Source: Camelus dromedarius
Lineage: Eukaryota
Assembly (NCBI RefSeq): GCF_036321535.1
Contig: NC_087472.1
Location: 95,978,001-96,042,000, forward strand
Reading direction: 5' to 3'
Length of the DNA stretch: 64,000 bases
The position numbers and the translations under genes were made by a program. The notes below the pieces were generated by a model that searched no databases, was not told the DNA's origin, and saw only the letters and a list, made by a program, of their open reading frames with translations. Shown here in pieces: positions 37,723-49,124 of the stretch. Numbering within the stretch: the stretch's first letter is position 1; each line of letters begins with the position of its first letter.

Positions 37723-40172
37723 CCAAATACATTTTAAAATTTATTTGAAATTTTAAAAACAAGCAGTTTAAAAATGTTCCACTTGAAGCGCCATTCTCCT
37801 GAAAACAAACTCACAAACAGCATTCACCTCTTGAAAATCTAGGCTTTTAAGATGTGTAAAGAAGATACACTGTGAACTTTCTTTAAAGCACAAGCCTGTG
37901 GTATCTCTCTCCTACCATGACATACTAATTAAAATGCTCAAATTTACATTTCCTTTAGCCTTACCTTACCCCAAAGGGAAAGAAAAATAGAACACTACCT
38001 CTGCTTTATGGTCTTGACAATTTGGACAATTATTGTATGTTAACTTACATTGCTATTTTCCCATGTACATTTTGTAGGTCTCTAATTCCACTGTACATTA
38101 ATGTTAAGGACGAAGAATGTATCTTACATTTGTTTTTCTCACACTTATTCATGCCTTGCATTAGTTTCTTTAAGAAAGAATATATTCGATAAATATTTGT
38201 TGACAGTTGGAAATATTATCAACAGAACAGAAGAAAGTAGGAAAACTAGTCCCAAGAGATGTACTCACTTACTTTCATATTTTCCTATTTGCCTTGCCTT
38301 ACCAAGAGATTTTGGAATCTGAAGAAAAATAACAGCTTCACTGTAAGGTGAATGTAAAATTTTAGGAAAACAGCTGTATACCCATCAAGATGATTTTCCA
38401 CAAGTAGATAACATGAAATAGAATTTACAACAGAGACAGGAAGGAGAGTAGGTGGAGTTAGAATAGAAGGAAATGAGGAGGCTCAACAAGAATTAATTAC
38501 TGGTAATTACACATGCTCCAGCCTCTTCTTTCTCCACCCTCTAGCTAATCAACAGTGGGAACAGATGTGGTCTGTGGTATTGGGGAGGGGGGTGCCTAAC
38601 AGCTGTTTGGAGAACATGCCATTAAAAAGCAGCCTTGTCCACAGAAACCCAAGAGTTTTACTGTTTGAAAGAAAAGAGGTAATGAATAATGACCACAGTC
38701 TTACTCTGAACTTCAGCTCATACAGGTCAATGATAAAGTTTTCTCCCTGATTTCTAATCAATTACGGTAGCTCTGCTATTTTGTATTACCGGAGTGCCTC
38801 AATATTTGAATCTATTTCATAGATCTCATCCAAGTATGCACAAACTCAGTACAAAGATCCAACTACTCCTTATTGAGTAAGTAGTCAATAAATCTTAACT
38901 ATGATATTGGTGATTACAAGAGAAACTCATAAAGTTCCCTCTACAGGGAATACCAAATCAGGGTGAAATAATCACAAATTTGCTAGACTACCTTTCTGGA
39001 TGTTCTTCTCAGGGATAAGAACAATAAATAACATTTACTTCTTAAAAAATTTAAAGAATGTAGTATACTGTCAAGGCATACAATTTTTCCTAAAAAATAA
39101 AAACAAAAACTAAAATCCAGGAATAAATTTAACAATAACACAACAACTAAGGCTTTCACAGGAAATGCAATTACTCACAGAACAAAAGTTTCAACCTCTT
39201 TCTAGTAAGGAGCTGTTTTGCTTCTTCCAAAGTCTGATGACTGCCCGTTAGGAAAGGTTGGGAGGGAGGGTCAATGGCACTGATGGGAACCCCATCTGGG
39301 ACACCCACAGGACCTGAGCAATGAAGATAGGTGGCACAGATCTGGCTTCAGCAGTTATTAGGTGACTACTATCTAGGAGTTGAAACTCGCGCTGGAGTAG
39401 CCGACAAGCTTTTGACTTTGGAATCAATTAGGTCTCAAAAGGCTGTAAATATGTCCATTTGTTCACAAATTCAAAGTGGTAGTCAATAAATGATCGATTA
39501 TGCCACTAACTGATAGCAAGCACACTGACTGCTTTTGCTGAAACATGCAACTGTGTTGGAAGCTTTGAAAGTTCTCAAGTAGCTTAACACTTGCAAGTTC
39601 TTCTTAGGTTAAATGTTATTTATATACATATGGGTGTGGGGTATATAAACACATAGTGTTAGGAGCACACACATTCGCTTGCAGGATAGTACACTATGTC
39701 CCATATCTGATCTTATTGAGTTGAACTTGCATATTCTCAAATTTACTTTGTGTATTTTGGGGGCAACATCAGAAATTTCATTCCGTTTCAGTATATGAAA
39801 ATTGCACGAAATGATTCAGTCCTGTGGGGGATAATTAGAGAAAGATGGAGCTGGAGTTGGGAAGAGGAAAAAAAGGTAAAAGTTGATGGCAGAACAAGGA
39901 TAAAGATTTGTGGAATGAAGCCATAGGAAAAATGCAAGAAGGTGAGTGCACACTTACACTTGGCACTCACAGCCACATACTGCCGGCATCCAAGAGTCAG
40001 CAGTGACTGGGGGTGAGGCCTGGGGAGCCTCAGGGAGATCAGCGTCAACCATTTCTGAGTTTGAAAATCAGAAAGGCAACAAACAGCTAGACAGAAAGCC
40101 AGCCGTGGAAATGCCTCAAAGCGTACTTAATTACCTGCAACAAAGCAAATTTTCTATTAAACAAGGGATTGT

Positions 40173-40339
40173 TTTTACTTATTTTGGGTTGTTTTTTGTT
40201 GTTGTTGTTGTTCTTGTTTTGAGGGGGAGGTAATTAGGTTATTTATTTACTTACTTATTTTAATGGAGGTACTGGAAACTGACCCCAGGACCTCGTGCAT
40301 GCTAAGCACGTACTCTACTGCTGAGCTATACCCACCCCT
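40173..40339 (-). mobile_element. tRNA-Ala-derived SINE (camelid vic-1-like)
   Basis: Reverse complement GGGTATAGCTCAGCAGTAGAGTACGTGCTTAGCATGCACGAGGTCCTGGGG..CAGTACCTCCA, followed by AACCTAATTACCTCCCCC and an A-rich tail; TSD acaagggattgt (40161-40172) / acaagggtttgt (40340-40351). Confidence 0.9.
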
Positions 40340-42304
40340 ACAAGGGTTTGTAAATGAAAATGAATACACAGTATTCCTAATTACTAAATAAGAATATAAA
40401 TTAAAGGGTCATTTGTATTATATTTAGAAGATTTATTTAATTGGCTATAAATATTGTTTATTCCTAAGACCTTCCATAGATCCATGCTCAACTTCAGACC
40501 CCCTATAACTACAAGTTCCATGAGGTCTAAAGTTGTCAAACTTAAATTCTAAATCCGTGAGTTTTCAGGAACTTCCTCTTGGTAAGAAAAGGACTACACC
40601 CTTCCCTTTGTAACTTACAGGATAAAGCTATTCTTTTTGGTGTGCTCTGCAAACCCACCTTTTGATCCCCAGAAATAATTTTAATTATCTGCAAAAGAGC
40701 ACATAAAAAAGTTTAAATTAATCCTTCAAACTAAATTATGTTGCTTTTCTGCATCAGCAAAGACACATTACCATGCAAAATAATGAGCTTTTTTTTTGTC
40801 TGATAGAGAATATATTTGGGAGAGAAATGGGAGTTTCTGGCAAAAAATAAAGGCTTCATTACTTCAGCTTTAAATGTAAATTAGGCACTCAGCAGCATGC
40901 AAGTTAGGACAATTTTCCTTACACAAGATAAGATGAATTATATTTTATTCCTTAGTTCTTAACAAGAGTCACTTCCTTAGACATACCTAACCCTTAAACA
41001 AAGACTGTTCTTTGTCACAGCTAGGGAAATGTTTTTATTACTGGTGTTCTTTAAATATGAATAAAAATCTCTTTTCTATACTCATGTTCATAATAAGCTG
41101 CTACTTAGGCAAAGAATATCTAAAATGAATATAGAAGTAAAAGGAGGAATATTTGCTTTCTATGTGAACATTACACATATCACCCCAACTGGTGGAAAGG
41201 CCTTTAAAGAAAAAAAAAAAAAGCTGTCCTTTGAACCTCAAATACTATCTGATTTTTGCAAGAAAGTGATGGACTTTTTAAGTGAAAAAAGGCATTAGAC
41301 AGACATCTGATGGCACAGAATCACACTACCATAACAATTACCAGCATTTCATGGGGTTCTGCTCTTGTTTTTAGGTGATCACTTCTTTCATATTCATACA
41401 ATTTTCTCCATCTATGTGGAACTCAGTGCGTCCAAATGGTCTCTGTTCTGCAAAGCCCTTGAACAAGACCTATCCAATCCCGTCCTTCAGCATGGCACCG
41501 TGCTGGTCACCACAGTAAACAGGCCTCTCCTTATAGTCAGCCACTCAGGGGACCACTGTTGTGCAGGCAAGGATCAAGGATGTTTCTCTGAGTGTTTTGT
41601 CCTAGTTTACCTGAATACATTATACACCTTTAACCTGAAGCTCCCTGAATCATTAATGGCAATGATCTTTGAATGTTAGTCCGGAGTTTTCCTTTAGTTC
41701 TGCATAACCTGAATTTATAAGTAGAAAGAAGAAAAGGCAAATGGGCTGTGCTCAACATTTTACCAAATTAATTCATAACACTTAAGATCCTAACATAAGA
41801 TATCAAACTTTTAATATCAGCTTTACACTTGAGAGATTCTCCAATTGTCAAATGCCTTTTCAAGCTCTCTGACTAATATTTAATCTGATGAGAGTACAAT
41901 TGACCTAAATTTTTGCATCATGGAATCTCAATTATGTGAATCATCTCAAGATTATTGTTAGTCAGTTACTTTTCCTTATACAACTATGCATTTTCTAACT
42001 ACTGCAGGGTCATGTTGCTGCACCACTTTTTCTGTTGCACTTCAGCAAATATCCACAGAAGGGAAGAGAAACTGGACATTTCTATCATTTCACAGTTTCT
42101 ACTTCGATTTCCATTGCTGCTTACCTGTAAGACCTGTTACTTGGGGAATGCTAAGAAAATTAAAAGTTTATGTATATTTTTCAAAAGCACACTTAAAGTA
42201 CAGATTTTACATCCTATAGATAGGCTTATTAAATGTACTTAGAAACAAAAATCTTGCAGATAAAATAAAAAACAAGGGCAGAATTATTTGATAGTCTTCT
42301 AGAA

Positions 42305-42510
42305 CAGCACTGTCCAACAGTATTTCCTGCATTGATGGAAATGTTCTATGTCTGCACTGTCTGATACAATAGTCACTAGTCACATGCGACTACTGAGCAC
42401 TTGAAATGTGGCTGGTGTGACTGAGGAACTGAAAACTTAATTTTATTTCAATTAGTTAAAATTTAGACTTAAATAGTCACTTGTGGCTAATGGCTACCAT
42501 ACATACAGAT
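42305..42510. mobile_element. MER3 hAT MITE
   Basis: cagcactgtccaacag..tttcctgcattgatggaaatgttctat..ctgcactgtc...gagcacttgaaatgtggct.gtgtgactgaggaactgaa...tgtggctaatggctacca; tctagaa at both flanks. Confidence 0.88.
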
Positions 42511-43825
42511 CTAGAACACTGACATCTACAGAGGGAATGCATATAAAGAAAGCTGTTAGAAATTGGAATGTACTTTAAGAATGAATGGTATGGAGACTGA
42601 AAAACGGTAGGGAGTAGCCTTGTATTTTTATTCATCTGAAAACATCAGTAAGAGGCTTTAGAAGGCAGTCAGCATCTAAGAGAGTCAGACTCTGATTCTT
42701 AGTTTTGCTTTTTATCTCTAACGATCAACTTGGTGTTAAGAATCCTCAGAGGTAGAGTCTAAAATTTCACAAAACAGCTAAAAGAAGGCACTATGACAAT
42801 TCAAAGGAGACAAATACATTTTCCTATTTTCTCAGGCCAAAAACTTATAGAGGAAAAGATTATGGTTGACAAGAAAGTAGAAATGGTTACCAACATACCT
42901 ATCCATTATATATTCCACTTGTGAAATTCAAATTAAATAATTTAGGTGAAAGGGCTCTGTGAGCAGCTATAAAGCCCTGCATCCATTTATTATTACTGCT
43001 GTTAATGGTTCTTGCCTTCGAGGAACTTGCCCAGGAGTACTTGTCAAGGCCTTGCTGGCTGCCCACAGGTTTCGGTAGATGTATGGACAGTGATTCTACT
43101 CCATCTTTGTTAGTGAAAACACGAGAACTGACATGGACAAATATGGAGATCGTTGGGTCTTAATTTTTTTTTTTAATAGTAAATGGGGTGGTCCTTTAAC
43201 CCTGGCTATGGACAGCTGGCCTACAGACAATAACGGAGGAGACAAGATAAGAATCTAGTTAGTGAGAATGGCTCACAATTCCAAGGTTTAAGTCTTCATC
43301 ATACCTCAAGTCGTGCCATTCCTGCTTGAAGGCAATTACTTTTTATGTTCCCTGGACCATTTCTACCGAATTCTAGTAAATTCCTTCATTTTTTAAATCA
43401 AATACGTAATGCTTGGGTTTTAGGACTCTAGGTTTAAATTTAGATATTCCCTACATTTTCAAATAAATTCATTTTACCTCTATTAGGACAGACCAGGCTT
43501 TCCTAGTGAAACAATAAGTAGGAAATTCATCTTAAGAACAAGGGCCCGGCATGAATAAGTCATATGAAAGGCATAAGTGAAATCTTACATAACCACTTAA
43601 ACAGAGTAAAACTGTATTATTGGCAGTACGTGGGGACAACTATAAGGGTTTCACACATTCCTTCCAGACCATCAACACTTATAAGGCAAGCAAAAAAAAA
43701 AAGGCTGCCCTCTGAGGGTAAAACGTACTTGCACAATGGATGTGGTAACCTTCTGTTGAAATCAATCAAGAAACTATCTAGGTGTGTGCCTAGCCCCAGA
43801 ATCTGAAAGCCTCTAAATGCTTCTA

Positions 43826-43993
43826 TCCTGGTTTCTATTTTTTTGTTTTATTGGGGGGGGGGTGTTTCGGGGGGGCTTTTTTGGAGGGGTAATTAGGTTT
43901 ATTAATTCTTTTTAGAGGAAGTACTGGAGATTGAACCCAGGACCTCATGCATGCCAAGCATGCGCTCTACCACTTCAGCTATACCTCCCCCCA
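43826..43993 (-). mobile_element. tRNA-Ala-derived SINE (camelid vic-1-like), second copy
   Basis: Reverse complement GGTATAGCTGAAGTGGTAGAGCGCATGCTTGGCATGCATGAGGTCCTGGGTTCAATCTCCAGTAC with A and B boxes; flanking direct repeat at 43805-43825 and 43994-44014. Confidence 0.9.
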
Positions 43994-45394
43994 GAAAGCC
44001 TCTACATGTTTCTAAAAGTGATCCAATGTAATCCTAGGAAGCAGGCCTAGAATGTGGCTTGTCATTTAGTAAACTATCTTATAGTTTGGTTTGAAAAAAA
44101 TCATATGAACAAAGGAAAATGGTCACTACAGAAATAAGCCCAAAGAACCAGACACTGGCAAGCTTTAGCGCAGCATTATTCAGGGGAAACCCAAATAGCC
44201 CCTGTGGCAGGTGTATCCTAATCACGGATTATCTAACCAAGTCCTTTTGTTTTTGATTCCATTCTCACCAAGCAACCTTGTGATTGTAATTTGGCTTCCC
44301 ATGTGGCTTGTCTATAAAGAGAAAATGCAGTAATCTCTCAGTTCGACCTCCCCAGTCTAATTAACAGCTGTAGTTCTTACTTCAAATGAACAAATTGGCA
44401 TTAGGGCAGAAACATGTGAGTCTGACCATCCACAGCGTGCTGAAAGGGTAAGGTTTCTGAGCCTCTAAGAATATAAGCTTCTTGTTCACCACAGAACCTC
44501 CCATGTCTCTAACAGTACATGGCACATCATAGCTGCTCAGCAAATATCAGGCTGAAGTCCAGAGATGTAAGATGACTTCTCTCAGTGTCTTTCACTCCAA
44601 ACTGCAGTATATTCTAAAAGGGCATAAATGTACAATATAAAATGACCAGAAAACAGAGTCCGTTAAAAATAAAATATTTAAGTATCATAGCATTACTATG
44701 ACCTAAAACTAATTTATCTGATATAATAAACATTAAGCAATTAGAAGAATCTTTGTTTTCAGGCCTAAAATATAGGTTTTTTTATTCATCATTTCCTCTT
44801 AAAAAACTCCCCCATGACAAACAAAAGCACTCAAAAAAATTCAGAAGCTTGACATATTCAGTACTCAAGAATGCTCACTTTTTAAATAATGTTTTTTCCT
44901 ACTGATACCATTTTGAAAAGAGTTAACCCAACATTTCTCTTTTCATCTTTCCCTAAGTCCATAATTTATTCTAAATATCCAGTTAAGCTACTCCATATCA
45001 AATCCAGTAAAGGCAACAATGACCAAAAAATGCTGCTAAGTTCCCCAGTTCCATACTTTTATAACAGCTATTAAAGCATGTTTCAATTTGCTAGAATGTC
45101 ACAAAACCAAAAACCCAAACATTACGCTTCTAGCATTGAACAAACCCTCTCACAGAAAACAACTATAGCCTCTAAACAATATAAAAAACAACCACCTGAA
45201 GGTACCAGAAAGTAACCAAAAACAGGCCAAAAATGGAGGGAAGCCTACAACTGGAGAAAGGGAAAGACTTGACCTTGGGCCACGTTGCCCATTTTTCCCA
45301 CTTTTTGCCAGAGGGCAGGTACTAATAGGTGGCTAACTGGTTTGAAGAGCCAGAAGACAGAGTTCAAGCTGATCAATGTAGCTGAACAAAAGAA

Positions 45395-46250
45395 AAGGCA
45401 CCAATTACCAGTATCAGGAATCAGAGAGAGAACACCACCCCCAATTCTATAGCTACTAAAAGGACAAAGAATATTATGAACAACTTCACACCAATAAATC
45501 GAACAAACTCCTTGAAAGACACAAACTACCAAGCTCACTCAAGAAGAAATCAGTAATCTGAACAATCTTGTATCTTATATATAAAGATACCACATTTTTA
45601 GTTAAAAAATGTTTACTCAAATAAAAGTCCAGGCCCAGATGGCTCCACAGTGGTGAATTACTCCAAACATTTAAGGTACACAATACCAATTCTCCTAGAA
45701 ACTCTCCCAGAAAATTAAAGAGGAAGGACTACTTCTCAACATATTCTGTGAAGCTAGTATTATCCTGGTGTGATTGAAACTGACAATGATATCACAAGAA
45801 AACTTAAGAACACTATCCCTTGTGAACATAAATGTAAAAATTATAAATGTTTTAGCAAATCAAATCCTTTTAAAAATACATTAAAAGGATAGTATATTAT
45901 GGCCAAATGTGGGTTTTTTCCAGGAATGCAAGGCTGGTTTAACACCTGAAAATCAATCAACACAAATCACCGTATTAACAAAATGAAAACTAGAATAAAA
46001 CAAAAACTTATGATCATCTCAACTGACACAGAAAAGGCATTTTTTAAAAGTCCAATATCCATTTCCCATTTTTAAAAACTCTCAAGGAAGTAAGAACAGA
46101 AAAGAATTTCTTCAACTTAAAAAAGTATCTAAGAAAAACCTATACCTGATGACGTAACTTAACGCTGCAAGTCTCAATGCATTCCCCCTGATATCAGGGG
46201 CAAGACAAGGGTTTCCACTCTCACTTCTATTCAGCATGACACTGGAACAG
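45395..46250 (+). mobile_element. Decayed L1 ORF2 (RT-proximal) fragment, possibly preceded by an L1M 5' remnant from about 45090
   Basis: gaatattatgaacaactt...aagtccaggcccagatggc (SPGPDG)...ccaggaatgcaaggctggtttaac (PGMQGWFN)...tcaggggcaagacaaggg (G.RQG); multiple stops and frameshifts. Confidence 0.9.
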
Positions 46251-46485
46251 GTATTGACTCTAAGTTTGTAAAGTATAAGTTAAAAAATACAATTAGGAAA
46301 AATGAATACTAATGATAGGAAAAAGCACTTTGGAGATACATGGGAATATGGGGAAAAAACCCGACAGTCTTTCTAGCCAGCTGGGGCCCGTGGGAAAATG
46401 CATGCATAAGCAATTATTGCCAGTAATCACAAAGAACCATTTGCAGCAAGGTGGTGAAATGCTGTGGCAGGATCTCCATTCATGT

Positions 46486-46563
46486 TAGACTGAACTATAT
46501 GAAATGGCTGATATTTAACCATTCTTGCCCTAATAAAAAAGATGTCAATTACATTATGCTATA
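46486..46563. mobile_element. MADE2-like mariner MITE (about 80 bp)
   Basis: tagactgaactatatgaaatggctgatatttaaccattcttgccct..aaaa..tgtcaatt resembles the MADE2 palindrome. Confidence 0.6.
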
Positions 46564-46571
46564 ATCATTAC

Positions 46572-46765
46572 CAGGGTGACTGAGAGCACAGATTCTGGAG
46601 CCAAATTACCTAGATTCGAATTGTGGCTTTGTGTAGATTACATAACCTCGATTTCCTCATCATACTACGTAGGCTTCTTCTGAGCAGTTAGTGAGTTTAC
46701 ATGTATAAAGCACCCAGAACAATGCCTGGCACGTGGTAGAAGTTTCGCCAGTGTGAGCTATTATG
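46572..46765 (+). mobile_element. MIR SINE
   Basis: gagagcacagattctggagcca...gattcgaat...tttcctcatc...aaagcacccagaacaatgcctggcacgtggtag. Confidence 0.8.
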
Positions 46766-47227
46766 TCATCAGTCCTGGCACTCTCTCTCTGAAAAGGTTC
46801 TTCTACTTGTTTCCTCAACTGGTAAAATGCGAAGGTTGTATCAGACCAAAAGTCCTCAAAAGTCAGGAACGGTTCTTCAATTCTACCTTTCTACAATTAT
46901 GAAAGCAGATGACAAAATCTTTATACCATCATACTACACTAACAAAACAAAATCATTTGCCTAAATGCCTGAGGTCATTCTTCAGTTTCTCTTAGAACTG
47001 ACAAATATACCTCAAGGTTAGAAATCAGAGTCTAATCAATTCCTGTATCGAAATCAATGAGGTAAATCAGTAGTCTCCAGAACAATGCCTTCCTCTCACG
47101 ATTTTACAGCAAATTTTCATAGCATCTCTAGTCATCCTAAGAAGTTCAACAGACATAAGCAATATTTGCTCAAACCTTACAAATGTGGCAAATGCCAAGA
47201 ACTTTCACATGCCAAGTGCAGAGTAAC

Positions 47228-47452
47228 AATGCATAGTCATTAAAATGGTCAATGTGGGCCTGGTTTTGAATCTTAGGTCCATCACTAGATGTATGACCTT
47301 AGGCAAGTTATTTAGCCTCTCTGTGGCTCATTTCCTCTTCAGTAAAATAACAATAAGCTCAGGGTTTGGCCATGAGGATTAAATAAACTAATGTATGTAA
47401 AGTACTTAGGACAGTGCCTGGCACACAGGAAAACAACAGTAAGTATTAGCTG
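47228..47452 (+). mobile_element. MIR SINE
   Basis: tgtatgaccttaggcaagttatttagcctctctgtggctcatttcctc...gaggattaaata...aagtacttaggacagtgcctggcaca. Confidence 0.88.
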
Positions 47453-48643
47453 TATCAAAGTCAGGTAATTTCTCGAAAGCTCTCAAAAATAAATTAATTT
47501 TAGTGTATTTCAATCCAGAAAGTAAGCACAGGCCATCCAACATGCTTAAGAAGACCCTCTGAAAATCAAACAGCAATGTATGACCTAAAACTTAGATGCC
47601 AAGCTGCTCTTAACTTGCATCATAAAAAGACAAACTCCTAAGAATATCTGACCACTATAACTAAGGGTAAATCCTAATAACAAATCACATCAAATAAACT
47701 TATTTACCAGCCCTGGAAGGTCTTTAGTTTTTCGTTCTTCAAATCATTCTATCTTCCATTTCCAAAGCATATACAAACATTAAAATAATGCTTTCCTCAT
47801 CACCTAGCATTACTAATTCTCATTCACATCAGGTATATGGACAACTATTTACAGGACCATATAAAATTACTGTTAATTGTGTGTACTTTCAACTTTCAAC
47901 TATTTAAGCCAGTCCTATGTTTCACCTCCTTTTTACATTAGTAGCCAACTGACTGCCTGCCCACACTTTCATTTCCTTGGGCCCATAGAGGCAATTAATG
48001 GTAATAAGAAGCCTACGTAAATGTCCTATAGAGAAGTGAGCTAAACACTCTCTTCACTAATGATTCCATAAGGATTAGTCAAGGGAAACAGTTCTCTTCC
48101 CAAGATTCCAAAAAGCAAAAATATCTACTTCTTACTCTACTGCAACTGGCAGTGAACTGCCTACTGCGCCTGTATCAGCAGGCTGTTTACACAACACTTC
48201 ACAAAATTTCAAATAGATGCCTTTATAACTGACAGTAGGTCTCATGCAGTAAAACTGTAAATGAGCATTTTAGAAAAACTGAGAGGCAATTTCACTTTCA
48301 AGAAAATGTAAGGCTGTATATGCCCAGGATAAACTCTCTGTTAATAATGCACAACCTCAAAGACTTTACCTGCAGTCTCTGGGGCCAACTGAGTGACAAT
48401 TAATTTAAAAAATACTTTAAGCATGCGTCAAAAATCAAAACAGAATACTCAAAAAATACTTAAATATATTTAAATCCATATTAATACTACAGAATTTTCA
48501 GATATATACATTTTAGTTTTCAAATCCATATATTTCACAGACCTCTGTCCACTGTTATATTCAGTTATACTTAAAAGAATTTGTGTTTGATTTTAATCTA
48601 GCAAAAATGTTTTATCCCAGAAACATATAAAATTAAAGATTAA

Positions 48644-49124
48644 TCACAAAAGTCAAGAGGTGGAAGAAACCCAAATGTCCATCGACAGATGAATGGATAA
48701 AGAAAATGTGCTGCATACATATAACAGAGTATCATTCTGCCTTCAACAGGAAATCCTGTCACATGCTATAACACAGATGAACCTTGAGAACATTATGCCA
48801 AGTGAAATAAGCCAGTTGCAAAAACACAAATACTGTATGATTCTACTTATATGAGGTATCTAAAATTGTCAAACTTGTAGAAACAGAAGGTAGAAGAGTG
48901 GTTACCAGGGTTTCAGGGAGGGGAACCAGGGGAGTTGTTTGATGTGTATAGAATTTCAGACTTGCAAGATAAAAAACATCTGAAGAGCTGTCTCACAACA
49001 ATGTGAATATGCTTAACACAGCTGAATTGTACAATTAAAAATGGCGAGAGGATGGTAAGTTTTATGCTATGTTTTTTACCGTAATTGTTAAGAAAGATAC
49101 ATAAATCAGCTTTTAAAAATAAAG
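48644..49124 (+). mobile_element. 5'-truncated L1MB-like element with perfect 14-bp TSD
   Basis: ggtggaagaaacccaaatgtccatcgacagatgaatggataaa...gaaccttgagaacattatgccaagtgaaataagccag...; AAATTAAAGATTAA at 48630-48643 and 49125-49138. Confidence 0.92.

Noticed and set aside
40262..40339. tRNA-Ala gene (also 43915-43993)
   Set aside because: Both have mutated stems or boxes, a SINE-specific 3' segment, an A-rich tail and TSDs, so they are SINE copies rather than tRNA genes.
45395..46250. Functional reverse transcriptase or novel RT system
   Set aside because: Only scattered L1 ORF2 motifs with stops and frameshifts; no open frame of 60 aa or more on that strand.
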